51,922 bases of DNA, from assembly GCF_039654945.1 (NCBI RefSeq), contig NW_027361798.1, positions 3,360,079-3,412,000 on the forward strand, given 5' to 3'. Position 1 is the stretch's first letter, and each line of letters starts with the position of its first letter. Below the pieces are notes generated by a model. The model was not told the origin of the DNA, searched no databases, and was given only the letters and a program-made list of their open reading frames with translations. The DNA comes from Dendrobates tinctorius (taxonomy: Eukaryota). This document shows, in pieces, positions 1 to 12,647 of this stretch. Both the position numbers and the translations under genes were made by a program.

Positions 1-74
1 ATTAGATTTTAGAAGTCGGTCCATTTTATTCCGACTCCACCAAAATGAGCACCGACTCCGACTCCACAGCCCTG
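1..74. mobile_element. Terminal fragment of a hAT-like MITE (end reads CAGGGCTGTGGAGTCGGAGTCGG on the minus strand)
   Basis: CAG-starting terminus with iterated GAGTCG subterminal motifs; the other end lies outside the window. Confidence 0.5.
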
Positions 75-919
75 GTGGGAGGACAGGTCTAGTAACGGAT
101 GGAGGACGGATGGGAGGCTGCAGTGAGGCCGCCATTCTCCTGTTTCAGATCCCCATACAGTAGATGACTTCGCTCCGCGGCTCTGGTCCATGGTGGAACC
201 TGATCTGTACGAGTCATTGAAGGAGACGTAGAGCGGATGGGCCTGTGTGTGGACCTCGCCCTCCGGAGATCGGTTGGCTCCAGCTCCGTCCGGAGACTTC
301 TGCCCTTGTCCTCGAGCTCTACATCCGAGTCCTGAGCGTCTGAGGCTTCAGCCATCGCAGTGAGAGGCCTCTGGGATCAATGCTGCATTAACCCCTTAGG
401 GACCCGGCCAGGGCCGGACTAAGACTAAAATTCAGCCCTGGCATTTGAAGTTACACAGGCCCACTAGTCACATGGTGACTATATAATATCTTTGTACGCT
501 TGTAGTTTACAAAAAGGGGGAGGAGATTAACACGACTATATAACATGTAGTCACAGCTGTGCCCAGTATTTCAGCTCAGTCCTATTTATTGCTTTTAGGT
601 ACAGTACTCCTCCCAAATCTCTGTCCCCTTTTGTATGCATGATTACAGAATTCCTGGCAGAACTGCTCTCTATTGGGCAACCAGACCCCCTGGTCATAGC
701 CGCCCCTATCATACCTCCCAACTTTTGAAGAAGGGAGAGATGGACAAAGACTGCGGCACGCTGCGCGCGCCGCTGCAAATTTTGGCCACGCCCAGCCACA
801 CCCATTTCACAATTAGTCACACCCATGTCCACACCTAATCGCACCCATTTAGCACTGCTGATCACACTGACTGGTACTGAGGGCACAGTGGCTGGCATTA
901 TGGGCACACTGACTGGCAC

Positions 920-1265
920 TAAAGAAGAGAGAAAACAGAGAGAGAGATAAAAAAGAAAACAGAGAGAACGAGAAAGAAAGGAGAAAGAAAGAACATAGAG
1001 AGAAAGAAAGAACAGTGAGAGACAGAGAAAGAACAGAGAGAGAAAGAAAGAGGGGAAAGAAAGAACAGAGAGAGACAGAGAAAGAACAGAGAGAAAGAAA
1101 GAAGTAAAGAAAAGAAAGAAAGAACAGAGAAAGAGAGGGAAGAAAAAGAAAGAAAGAGGGTAAGAAAGAACAGAGAGAGAAAAAAGAAAGAACAGAGAGA
1201 GAAAGAAAATGAGGGAAAGACAGAACAGAGAATGAAAGAACAGAGAAAGAAAGAAATAAAGAAAG
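920..1265. repeat. AG-rich low-complexity polypurine tract
   Basis: Degenerate GAGAGAAAGAAAGAACA iterations. Confidence 0.9.
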
Positions 1266-1587
1266 ATTCTACAAAGATACTATAGCAGCCTGGCTCCCAT
1301 TGTAGTGCCCACCTGAGCCTCCCAGTGCAGGACATATCATGATCCGCTCACATGGCCGGCATCCCCGATTCCAAGGCGATCCTGCTGTCTGCGCTGTCGG
1401 AGGAGGACACGGTGATGGATCTGAAGCATTCCTGGTTCTGTCACAATCTCCTCAAGAAATTATCTCATTTCCGGCCAGCTTCCAGCACATCACTTCAGGT
1501 GGAACGTCATGTGTGTGTTTTAAAATGCTCCTCGGGGCTCCGCCGTGTACTCCTGTGTCCGTGGGAAAAGCCCGCTTTGTATGCTTT

Positions 1588-2975
1588 GTACACACTTGGC
1601 TCCGCTCCGTACACACCCGGCTCCGCTTCGTATACCCCATACACACGCGGCTCCGCTCCGTACACCTCGTACACACACCCGGCTCCACTCCGTACACCTC
1701 GTACACACACGGCTCCTCTCCGTACACCTCGTACACGCGCGGCTCCACTCCGTACACCTCGTACACGCGCGGCTCCACTCCGTACACCTCGTACACGCGG
1801 GGCTCCTCTCCGTCCACACACACGGCTCCGCTCCGTACACCTCGTACACACCCGGCTCCGCTCCGTACACACCCGGCTCCGCTCCGTACACACCCAGCTC
1901 CGCTCCGTATACCCCGTACACGCGCGGCTCCGCTCCGTACACCCCGTACACGCGCGGCTCCTCTCCGTACACCCCGTACACGCGCGGCTCCTCTCCGTAC
2001 ACCCCGTACACGCGCGGCTCCTCTCCGTACACCCCGTACACGCGCGGCTCCTCTCCGTACACCCCGTACACGCCCGGCTCCTCTCCGTACACCCCGTACA
2101 CGCCCGGCTCTTCTCCGTACACCCCGTACACGCCCGGCTCCACTCCGTACACCTCGTACACGCGCGGCTCCTCTCCGTACACCTCGTACACGCGCGGCTC
2201 CTCTCCGTACACCTCGTACACGCGCGGCTCCTCTCCGTACACCTCGTACACGCGCGGCTCCTCTCCGTACACCTCGTACACGCGCGGCTCCTCTCCGTAC
2301 ACCTCGTACACGCCCGGCTCCTCTCCGTACACGCCCGGCTCCTCTCCGTACACGCGCGGCTCCTCTCCGTACACGCGCGGCTCCTCTCCGTACACCCCGT
2401 ACACGCGCGGCTCCTCTCCGTACACCCCGTACACGCGCGGCTCCTCTCCGTACACCTCGTACACGCGCGGCTCCGCTCCGTACACCTCGTACACGCGCGG
2501 CTCCTCTCCGTACACCTCGTACACGCGCGGCTCCTCTCCGAACACCTCGTACACACCCGGCTCCGCTCCGTATACCCCATACACACACGGCTCCTCTCCG
2601 TACACCTCATACACACACGGCTCCATTCCGTACACCTCGTACACACACGGCTCCTCTCCGTACACCTCGTACACACACGGCTCCATTCCGTACACCTCGT
2701 ACACACGGCTCCGCTCCGTACACCTCGTACACATGGCTCCGCTCCGTACACCTCGCACACACACGGCTCCGCTCCGTACACCTCGTACACACACGGCTCC
2801 GCTCCGTACACCTTGTACACACACGGCTCCGCTCCGTACACCTCGCACACACACGGCTCCGCTCCGTACACCTCGTACACACACGGCTCCGCTCCGTACA
2901 CCTTGTACACACACGGCTCCGCTCCGTACACCTCGCACACACACGGCTCCGCTCCGTACACCTCATACACACAGC
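1588..2975. repeat. CpG-rich 30-bp minisatellite (CGCGCGGCTCCTCTCCGTACACCTCGTACA) with 20-bp and 28-bp variants
   Basis: Directly visible period-30 tandem array; explains the open frames on both strands. Confidence 0.95.
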
Positions 2976-2996
2976 TCTGCTACATCCACACTGTAA

Positions 2997-3352
2997 GGCT
3001 GTGTGCACACGCTGCGGATTAGGTGTAAAATCCGCAGGTGAAACCACAGGTCAAAAGACCTGCGGTTTTACCTGCGGATTGCTCTGCGGTTTTGCCCTGC
3101 GGTTTTTCATCTCCTCAATGGAGGAGATGGCAAACCGCAGGGGAATCCGCAGAAAGAATTGACATGTCAATTCTTTCTGCGGATTGAAAACCGCAGATAA
3201 TCCGGGCGGAAAATTCCGCACAGTCTGCACTGCGGTTTTTGATTCCCATAGGGAATCATTGTACTGTACACTGCAGCTGAAACTGCTGCGGGTCCGCAGC
3301 GGCCAAAACCGCTGCGGAACCGCAGCAAAATCCGCAGCGTGTGCACACAGCC
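2997..3352. mobile_element. PIF/Harbinger-type MITE
   Basis: TIR GGCTGTGTGCACACGCTGCGGAT at both ends; TAA TSD at 2994-2996 and 3353-3355; many internal CCGCA/TGCGG motifs. Confidence 0.9.
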
Positions 3353-3443
3353 TAAATCCTGACCCCACACATACTTACCTCAACCAGCACCATGACAACA
3401 GCAAAGCAGAGTCTTGCAGACGGTAGAGGCAAGGCTGAGCGCA

Positions 3444-3568
3444 CAGGACCTGTGATGAGGTCACAGGAGGGGCGGAGTCAGGGGTGACATGATCGGGGGT
3501 CTGGACAAAGGCTCCTGATCATGTGACCCCCTGACTCCTCCCCTCCTGTGACCTCATCACAGGTCCTG
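3444..3568. repeat. Imperfect inverted repeat inside the hAT element
   Basis: CAGGACCTGTGATGAGGTCACAGGAGGGG ... CCCCTCCTGTGACCTCATCACAGGTCCTG. Confidence 0.8.
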
Positions 3569-3908
3569 CGAACAGAGCGAGCAGGCAAGCGAGTGCGACG
3601 CTGTGAGTGGCTGCGGGGGGGAGTCTCATCTCATGCTAAGGCGAGGATGGGGGGCGTGGCGGCTTATCTCCCTGCAGTGCGGGAGGAACTTGAAACTATG
3701 GGCCGGCGGCAGGAGCAACAGTGGCCGCAGCAGCTGGCAAGCGGCCAGATGATCGGGCGCTGCCGCCAGCGGCCCACGTGACAGCGGCCCAGCGGGAAAA
3801 TGCCCGGTTGGTTATATTGCCAATCCGGGCCTGGACCCGGCGCTTTTCCTCCCCTTCTTCCCAGAGCCGTAATGTTTCCTTTTCCACATTGCTGAATGTT
3901 TGTGGGAA

Positions 3909-6225
3909 GAATCATAGAATCATAGAGTTGGAAGGGACCTCCTGGGCCATCTGGTCCAACCTCCTGCTCAAAGCAGGATTCGCTAAATCATCCCAGTCAG
4001 ATGTCTGTCCAGCCTCTGTTTGAAGACTTCCATTGAAGGAGAACTCACCACTTCTCGTGGCAGCCTGTTCCATTCATTGATCACTCTAACTGTCAAAAAG
4101 TTTTTTCTAATATCTAATCTGTGTCTCCTCCTATTCAGTTTCATCCCATTGCTTCTAGTCTTTCCTTGTGCAAATGAGAATAAAGTTGATCCTTCTACAA
4201 TGTGACAGCCCTTTAGATATTTGTAGACAGCTATTAAGTCTCCTCTCAGTCTTCTCTTTTGCAAACTAAACATTCCCAAATCCTGCAACCTTTCCTCATA
4301 AGACAGGGTTTGCAGACCGGTCACCATTCTGGTTGCTCTTTTCTGAACTTGCTCCAGTTTGTTGATGTCTTTTTTAAAATGTGGTGCCCAAAACTGGACA
4401 CAATATTCCAGATGAGGTCGGACCAAAGAGGAGTAGAGGGAAATAATGACTTCACGTGATCTAGACTGTATGCTTCTGTTAATACATCCTAGAATTGCAT
4501 TTGCCTTTTTTGCTGCTGCATCACACTGTTGACTCATATTCAGTCTGTGATCTATTAGTATACCCAAGTCTTTTTCACATGTGCTGTTGCTTAGCCCTAT
4601 TCCTCCCATTCTGTATATGCTTTTTTCATTTTTATTGCCCAGATGTAGTACTTTGCATTTCTCCCTGTTAAAAACCATTCTGTTAGTTGCTGCCCACTTC
4701 TCCAGTTTATTTAAATCTTTTTGAATCCTCTCTCTCTCTTCTCTAGTATTAGCTATCCCTCCTAGCTTTGTGTCATCAGCAAATTTAATCAGTTTACCCT
4801 CAATTCCTTCATCTAAATCGTTGATAAAGATGTTGAACAATACAGGGCCCAGGACAGAGCCCTGTGGTACCCCACTTGAGACATTCTTCCAACTGGATGT
4901 GCAGCCATTTACGACCACTCTTTGGGTCCGATCACTAAGCCAGTTATGAATCCACCTAACAGTTGCCTTGTCCATTCCATACTTAGTCATTTTTTCAATA
5001 AGGATTTTATGAGAGACTTTGTCAAATGCTTTGCTGAAGTCAAGATATACTATATCTACAGCATTTCCTTGATCCACCCAATCAGTGATACCGTCATAGA
5101 AGGAAATTAAGTTAGTCTGACATGACTTATTAGTTACAAACCCATGCTGACTCTGTTTAATCACTTCATTCTTATCCAGGTACTGACATACATGTTGTTT
5201 AATAATTTGTTCAAAGATCTTTCCTGGTATAGAAGTCAGACTCACCGGCCTATAGTTGCCTGGGTCCACCTTCTTCCCCTTTTTGAAGATAGGAACAACA
5301 TTTGCTCTTCTCCAGTCTTCTGGCACTTCTCCTGTTCTCCAAGAATTTTCAAAGATTATGGAGAGGGGTTCAAAAATTTCTTCTGCTATCTCCTTCAGTA
5401 CTCTGGGGTGTAATTCATCTGGACCTGGAGACTTGAATTCATTTAGGTTAGCTAAGTGTTTCCTTACTATCTTTCTGTTTATAGATATCCTGGATTCTTC
5501 TATTCCCTTAATAGGACAGTGAATAACAGTTGATGTTACATTTCCTTTCTCAGAGAAAACAGATGCAAAATAGGAATTTAAAAGTTCAGCCTTCTCAACA
5601 TCCTGTCTTACCATTTCATCATTTTCATCCTGTAAAAATCCTATAGCATCTTTGACTTTTCTTTTACTTTTGACATATCCCCAAAATCCTTTATTATTGC
5701 TTTTGATATCTCTTGCAAGCCTCAATTCATTTTCAGCTTTAGTTAATCTGATTTGTGCCCTGCAGGTTCTGCAGACAGCATTATATTCTTCTTTAGATAT
5801 GCCTCCCTCTTTCCATTTTATAAACATTTTTTTCTTCCTTTTTAGCATGTGCTTAAGTTCTGTGTTCATCCATCCTGGTTTCCTTAAATGCTTCCTATTC
5901 TTCCCTCTTTTCGGAATTGTTAACAACTGTGCTTTGAGAATTTCATTTTTCAAGATTTCCCATCCTTCCTGGACATTTTTGTCTTTAAGGATATCCAGCC
6001 ATTGGATCCTTCCAATTCTCGTTCTGAATCCCTTAAAATCTGCCTTTCTGAAATCTAACCTTGACGTCTGAGTCTTCACAGGTCTTCCGCCTCTAGTTAT
6101 CCAAAATTCTAAAATAGCATGGTCGCTACCTCCTAGGGTCCCAGCCACTTTTACCTCCTCAACCATTTCCTCCCTGTTTATAAGGATTAGATCCAAGGTA
6201 GCAGTTCCCCTTGTTTTCTCCCCTA
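3909..6225 (-). mobile_element. CR1 LINE copy 1, 5'-truncated; ORF2 open from the end of the endonuclease through the reverse transcriptase (3983-6196)
   Basis: [29 protein letters not shown] and FADD motifs; (ATTCTATG)n 3' tail typical of CR1. Confidence 0.97.
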
Positions 6226-6737
6226 AGAGAAGAAGGAAGAGTTGTAGATTTTACTCCATTCACTGAATTTCCATGTGATCTTGTGTTTGAGCGCGCTCTC
6301 GGGGGGTGCAGCGCTCCCCCCGCTCTGTGGAGGAGATCAGGGATGCCCGTGTCGCCGATCACTGTCCTGATGGCCAGGATTTTATTTATTTTTTTACACT
6401 TAATATTAAAAGCAGCAAAACAGGAACTGAATCCGTCCAATCAGCAAGAAAATAACAGACTCCGCGCTGCAGAGGAGGACTCAAGGAACGTGGCGGTGAT
6501 GGAGTACGAATATGTAATATATGGTATATTCAGCAATACATGGGATTATACAGTGCTCTGTGGGAGCAGTGGGGGTGACGTCACAGCGTTTATTCTCTTC
6601 CAGACATATTTTCAGCAGGAGACGTAGACTATTGTTCATAGGAGTCTGATCGTTGACTCTTGAATTGATATTTGTGAATTGTTGAATGGCTGCTGCTTAC
6701 CTCATATCAGCTCCCGTACGTGTTATTGTGTTGCTAT

Positions 6738-7140
6738 TAGAGACGAGCGACTTTCGCAAATGTCCGGTCGAACGAAATCGGCCGATTATCGCGAAAAGTT
6801 GAAGGTCGACTGAAACACGAAACCCAATGCAAGTCAATGGGGAACCAAGGTCGGCAGTGAGAGGAGGACAGGAAACACACCTACAGTGCTCATTTGAATG
6901 CCAAAAGCATCAATTCTTCTTACTTAAGCTTGTCAACCTTAATTAACTTCATAATACAAGTTACGCACTGAAAAATGGGGGTTATTTGGCTAAAGTTGTG
7001 GGGGGGGACGGCTGGCTGCAGGTTTTCATGTGCCCTGGGCGAAAGAGCGCCCCTTTAACACATACCACAACTCATCATGCTCCGATACGGCAGAGAAATA
7101 GCGGTATAGTACAATGAAAAATACTTCACTTTTTACATCT
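6738..7140 (-). mobile_element. Terminal region of a hAT element (TIR TAGAGACGAGCGA), same family as the end at 20152
   Basis: Matches the TIR TAGAGTTGAGCGA at 20140-20152; similar CGA-rich subterminal motifs; right boundary approximate. Confidence 0.6.
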
Positions 7141-7271
7141 CATGACGAGGCCCATCTATTTCTCCATACAGAATCATTGGTCCCATATAATGTTTGAAAC
7201 AGTATATGATGAGCTCCACATAATGCTACAGTATATGTTGGTCCCCATGGATGAAGCTCCACTGTCTTATG

Positions 7272-7780
7272 CAGCGTCGGACTGGCCCACCGGAGAATTC
7301 TCCGGTGGGCCCTGGCATCTGGTGGGCCCTGGCACCTGCTGGCATACAGGGCCAGCAGTTGCCTAGGACCCCTGCTGCTCCAGGGGCCCCCAGCCAGTGG
7401 TGTGTCGCACACCATGCAGCTGCTATGGGGGCCCCTGCCAGCGGAGCAGCAGCGGGTGTCAGGAGGCAGGAGCCCCTGTCCCCGCTGCTAAAGAGAAATG
7501 AATATTCACTGCGAAGCAGTGAATATCATTTCAGGTCTCCACCCCCAGAGGCCCCGCCCCCCACACCCCCAGAGGCCCCGCCCCCAGCCCAGTAAGCCGC
7601 TCTGCATCAGGGCCGGCGCCGCCCTCAGTCCTCTCTGCTCCTGACTCACAGCCAGTGCGCGATGACGTCACTACATCGCGCACCCGCTGTGTGTCTGGCA
7701 GAGGGGACAGCTCCTGACACTGAAGCCGGGATCAGCGTGGGAGCGAGGAGGAGAGGTGAGTATTGTCGTTTTTTTTTTTT
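7272..7780. mobile_element. Left part of a hAT-like MITE (starts CAGCGTCGGACTGG) containing a perfect 28-bp palindrome at 7284-7311
   Basis: CAG terminus resembling that at 409; GGCCCACCGGAGAATTCTCCGGTGGGCC; no partner end found. Confidence 0.5.
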
Positions 7781-8119
7781 ATATATCTCTCTCGCTCTAT
7801 CTGTCTCTCTCTATCTATCTATCTCTATATCTCTATATATCTCTCTCTATCTTTATATCTATCTTTCTATCTCTACATCTATCTCTATATCTCTATATCT
7901 TTCTATATATATCTCTATATCTATTATCTCTATATTTATTATCTATCTATCTTTATCTATATATATATCTCCATCTAATATCTATATCTATCTATCTCTA
8001 TACCTATCTATATCTTTTCTCTGTATCTATCTATCTCTATATCTATATCTCTCACTATCTATCGCTCTATCTCTATATCTATCTCTATATCTATCTTTAT
8101 ATCTATATCTATATATCTA
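7781..8119. repeat. (TATC/TA/TC)n compound microsatellite
   Basis: Directly visible. Confidence 0.95.
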
Positions 8120-8194
8120 CAGTCATGGCCAAAAGTATTGACACCCCTGCAATTCTGTCAGATAATACTCAGTTTCTTCCTGAAAATGATTGCA
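8120..8194. mobile_element. Truncated Tc1/mariner-like terminal inverted repeat
   Basis: TA followed by CAGTCATGGCCAAAAGTATTGACACCCCT, a typical Tc1-like end, inserted at a TA in the microsatellite. Confidence 0.65.
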
Positions 8195-8203
8195 GGAAGA
8201 GCA

Positions 8204-10575
8204 ATGTTTACTTTACATCAGCACAATTTTGGAACCAAAATTTTTTTTTGTTAGGAAGTTAAAAGGGTTAAAAGTTGACCAGCGATTTCTCATTTTTGCA
8301 ACACCATTTTATTTTTAGGACCACATCACATTTGAAGCCACTTTGAGGGGTCTATATGATAGAAAATACCCAAAAGTGACACCATTCTAAAAACTGCACC
8401 CCTCAAGGTGCTCAAAACCACATTCAAGAAATTCATTAACTCTTCAGGTGCGTCACAGGATTTTTTTGAATTTTTTAAAAAAATGAACATTTAACTTTTT
8501 TTTATTTTACCAAGGGTAACAGGAGAAATTGGACTGGAAAAGTTATTGTGCAGTTTGTCCTGAGTACGCCGATACCTGATATGTGGGGGGAAACCACTGT
8601 TTCGGCGCATGGCAGAGCTCAGAATGGAAGGAGCGCCGTTTGACTTTTTCAATGCAAAATTGGCTGGAATTCAGATCGGACGTCATGTCACGTTTGGAGA
8701 GCCCCTGATGTGCCTAAACAGTGGAAACCCCCCACAAGTGACCCCATTTTGGAAACTAGACCCCCCAAGGAACTTATCTAGATATGTGGTGAGAACTTTG
8801 AACCAACAAGTGCTTCACAGAAGTTTATAACGCCCGGGCGTGAAAATCAAAAAAAAATTTTTCCACAAAAATTATATTTTTGCCCCCATTTTTTTTATTT
8901 TCCTAAGGGTAACAGGAGAAATAGGACCCCAAAAGTTGTTTTGCAATTTGTCCTGAGTACACTGATACCCCATATGTCCCCGACATATGTGGGGGGGAAC
9001 CACTGTTTGGGCGCATGGCAGAGCTTGGAAGGGAAGGAGGACCGATTACTTTTTCAACGCAGAATTGGCTGCAATTGAGATCAGACGCCATGTTGCATTT
9101 GGAGAGCCCCTGATGTGCGCAAATAGTGGAAACCCCCAATTCTAACTCCAACCCTAACCCCAACACACCCCTAACCCTAATCTCAGCCCTAACCCTAATG
9201 GGAAAATGGAAATAAATACTTTTTTTTTTAATTTTATTATTTTTCCCTAACTAAGGGGGTGATAACGGGGGGTTTGATTTACTATTTATGGCGGTTTTAT
9301 GTTTGGCGGTTGTGGCACACTAAAAGACACTTTTTATTGTAAAAATAGTTTTTGCATCACCACATATTGAGAGCTATAATTTTTCCGTATTTTGACCCAC
9401 AGAGTCATGTGAGGTCTTATTTTTTGCGTGACGTTTTTATTGGTGCCATTTTCGGGCGCGTGACATCTTTTGTTCATTCTGCGTCCCAAAAATCGGAATA
9501 AAAAGTGAACAAAAACCAGCATTTCATGAATTTCTTTTGGGGGGTGCGTTTACACTGTTCCGCGTTTGGTAAAATTGATAAAGCGGTTTTATTCTTCGGG
9601 TCGGTACGATTACAGCGATACCTCTTTTATGTCTTTTTTTATGTTTTGTCGGTTTTATGCAATGAAAACTATTTTATATAGAAAATAATTATTTTTGCAT
9701 CACTTTATTATGCGAGCTATAACTTTTTTGTTCATTCTCTGATGATGCTGTGTAGCGGCTCGTTTTTTGTGGGACAAAATGACGTTTTCAGCGGTACCAT
9801 GGATAGTTATATGCGTCTTTTTGTTCGCGCATTATTGCACTTTTTGTTCGGTGGTATGATAATAAATCATTATTTTTTGCTTTGTTTTTTATTTTTTAAG
9901 GGGTTCGCTAAAGGGGTTAACTAATGGGACATTTTTATAGGGTGGGTCATTACGGACGCCGCGATACCAAATATGTGTACTTTTAGTTTTTTTTTTTATT
10001 TCCAAAAAATGAATTTATTAGGGAATATATTTTTTTTATTTATTTAGCGATTTTTTAAAAATTATTTTTACACTTTTTTTTAAACTTTATCACATAGTCC
10101 CAGGTGGGACATCAGCGATCTGTCACAGGCACTGCTGCAGACATCCTCATGCCGGCGCTTTGCAGGCACTGAGGAAGCCAACTCCCTGCAGGACCCCGAA
10201 GGTCTCCATCGCCATCTTGGATTCGGGGACCTGCAGGGATGGAGCCCCCCGCAGCAGCGCTGCACATTGCGCTGTGGTGGGGGGCTCAGGGAAGCACGGA
10301 GGGAGCCCCCTCCCTGCTGATGCTTTCCTTTAACCCCCGGTACACCGCGATTGTGTTTGATCGCGGTGTGCAAGGGGTTAACGTGTCGGGGGTGGTCCGT
10401 GACCGCCCCTGACACATTGTGCCGGGTGTCAGCTGTGATAATCAGCTGACACCCAGCCTCGATCAGCGGCGCTCACCACGTGGGCGCCGCTGATCGCTGT
10501 GACGTACTATCCCGTCCCTGGGTATTAAGTCCCAGGGCACATGGAGGGGATAGTACGTCACATGACAGAAAGGGG
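8204..10575. mobile_element. Right part of a non-autonomous piggyBac-like (TTAA) element with an internal direct repeat (about 8511-8735 and 8904-9138) and degenerate CCCTAA repeats (about 9142-9198)
   Basis: Ends AAAGGGG followed by TTAA (10576-10579); subterminal inverted repeat GACGTACTATCCC...GGGATAGTACGTC; left end missing. Confidence 0.7.
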
Positions 10576-10579
10576 TTAA

Positions 10580-11585
10580 TTAACCCAGGCATGGTATGTG
10601 AAAAGAGCTCCATGGAGTAATCTGAAGTGTGTGCTTCCACATCCTTCACTTTTGGTGTGGGTGAAGGACACAAGGAAAGGGGTTGCTCCTGACCAGAAGC
10701 CTGCAGTTACGACTCAGTGCTTGCATTTTTTACAACTTCAGAAGAGGAGGCGATAGAGCTGGAGGCTGTTTCAGCAATGTAAGCCACAAACAGTTCCTGA
10801 TACTCCGGCTTTAAAAGCAGTCTACCTACTCCCAGAAAAGGGAGCCTTACACCATGACGCTGGCTCAACACCTCCTGCCTTAGCTGCTATTGTGTTTTTG
10901 GCACTACCAGCAGATGCACCACCACCACCATCAGTACCAGGTGGCCCTGCACACCCACGTCCTCTTTCACCATACTTCCTCATGTTTTTTTTAAAATGGA
11001 CCCAAAATACCAGCAGATATATGGTACTGTATCATAAGCGTACAGCTCTATACAGTCTATGGATAACAGTAAATCTCTGTATATATTTCATGAGGCATAC
11101 ACAGACGCTCACAGGCTCAGTATGGATTACACAATAAAATAACAAGTTGAAAAAGGGTACAGTATCACCAGATAAAAGGTATATATAGTATAGTGTAAAC
11201 ATTCTGATTCTCCGTATACATTTCAGGAGGCAGACACAAACGCCCAGTATGGATTACACAAGAATATGAAAAGCTGTAAATGAGTAATGTAACACAAGCG
11301 TACAGCTGTATACAGTGTTGGGGTAATCTTAAAGTTCCAAATATATTGCCGGAGTAACAGACAGACATTTACAGGCTCATTATGGATTACACCAGAATCT
11401 AAATAGCTAAAAAGGTTACTGTATCAGAAGCGTTCTGCTGTATACAGTGTTGGCCAAATTGAAAATATCGGTATATATTTCCGGAGTCACCCTCAGACGC
11501 TCACTCAGTTTGGTTTTGACCATAATAAAAAATGTTGTAAAAAAGTTCCTGGATAACAAGATAGCAAGTATATATTTTTTAGGGT
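10580..11585 (-). mobile_element. hAT copy A: degenerate 5' part of the transposase plus upstream region
   Basis: 10580-10983 is homologous to 16890-17317 (peptide HTSDYSMELFSHTMPGL versus HTTDYSMELFSHTMPGL). Confidence 0.8.
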
Positions 11586-11589
11586 ACAA

Positions 11590-11787
11590 TTTTTGACAGT
11601 TAGAGTGATCAATGAGTGGAACAAGCTGCCACGAGAAGTGGTGAGTTCTCCTTCAATGGAAGTCTTCAAACAGAGGCTGGACAGACATCTGACTGGGATG
11701 ATTTAGCGAATCCTGCTTTGAGCAGGGGGATGGACCAGATGGCCCAGGAGGTCCCTTCCAACTCTACGATTCTATGATTCTATGATT
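11590..11787 (+). mobile_element. CR1 3'-end fragment at the junction between two hAT copies
   Basis: Near-identical to 18830-19015; ATTCTATG tail. Confidence 0.93.
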
Positions 11788-12472
11788 AGCCAATATTAGG
11801 TCAAGGTTCTCCTGTGGCATGATGTTTTGTAATTTGCCTTTATAGCGTGGATCCAGGAAGCTGGCCAACCAGTAGTCGTCATCGTTCATTATTTTGGCAA
11901 TGCGGGGGTCCCTTTTTAGGATCCGCAAGGCATAATCTGACATGTGGGCCAATGTTCCCGGTGTCAATGATGCACTGCGAGTGCTGGGTGGAGGAGCACT
12001 TTCTGGCAAATCCACATCCCTCCAGTCACGCACAAACCCTGTACCAGACCTTGCAACGCCAACATTTTCACTTGCCCCATGAGATGCATCCTCCTCCCCT
12101 AAGTAATCATCCCCATCATCATCCTCCTCCTCCTCTTCTTCCTCCACCTCGTCCAGGAGAGGTCCCTGAGCAGACAATGGCTGAATGTCATCAAGGATTC
12201 CCTCCACCTCTTCCTCCTCGTCTACATTGGCTGCAGACGCCTGCTCCTTAACCCTCCGTCAGGCGCAATAGATCTGACAGGCACACAGTAATTAGTTTCA
12301 CTTCTCTCTCCTTGCCCACTTATCAGAAAACCCCACCCCTCCTAGTTATCTCCTGACTCTACAGGCTCTGTGAAACCTGATATCACAGTGACTCAGCAGA
12401 CCTTCTAGTGAGCAGATATCAACACTTTGGCTTCTCAGGCACATTGCGCCTGATTTCAACACAAATTAAAAG

Positions 12473-12634
12473 GTTAGTATTTTCTTTTTTTATTCATCAC
12501 GATTGTGTATTTAGCTTGTTTTATGAAGGATTAATGCTAAGTTAGTGTACATAAGTACTGTTTTCTTAGACAAAAGGAGGGTGGCTTCTAAGGCACATTG
12601 CGCCCTAACACATACTCTTTCTCTCTTGCTTCAG
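12473..12634 (+). other. Putative 5'-UTR intron of the piggyBac transposase
   Basis: AG/GTTAGT donor, CCCTAAC branch point (12603-12609), polypyrimidine tract, CAG acceptor 13 nt before the ATG. Confidence 0.55.
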
Positions 12635-12647
12635 ATTTTCTGCTGCA

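Larger units (their letters stand above)
409..3833. mobile_element. Non-autonomous hAT element, 3.4 kb, carrying satellites and a nested MITE
   Basis: Imperfect TIRs CAGGGCCGGACT / AATCCGGGCCTG; exact 8-bp TSD GACCCGGC at 401-408 and 3834-3841; no transposase ORF. Confidence 0.85.

Noticed and set aside
89-355. 88-aa ORF with a good start context
   Set aside because: No recognisable homology or gene structure; cannot be supported without a search.
388-400. TTAACCCCTT as the left end of the TTAA element that ends at 10579
   Set aside because: Only about 10 bp match, and the sequence after removing the hAT insert does not clearly continue as that element; unresolved.
1339-3162. Long ORFs in all six frames, one with Tyr/Ser/Pro/Thr repeats recalling the RNA polymerase II CTD
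   Set aside because: By-product of a stop-free 30-bp minisatellite inside a transposon; the period is 10 aa, not the CTD heptad.
9142-9198. Telomere-like CCCTAA repeats
   Set aside because: Short, degenerate and internal to a transposon; not evidence of a chromosome end or fusion.
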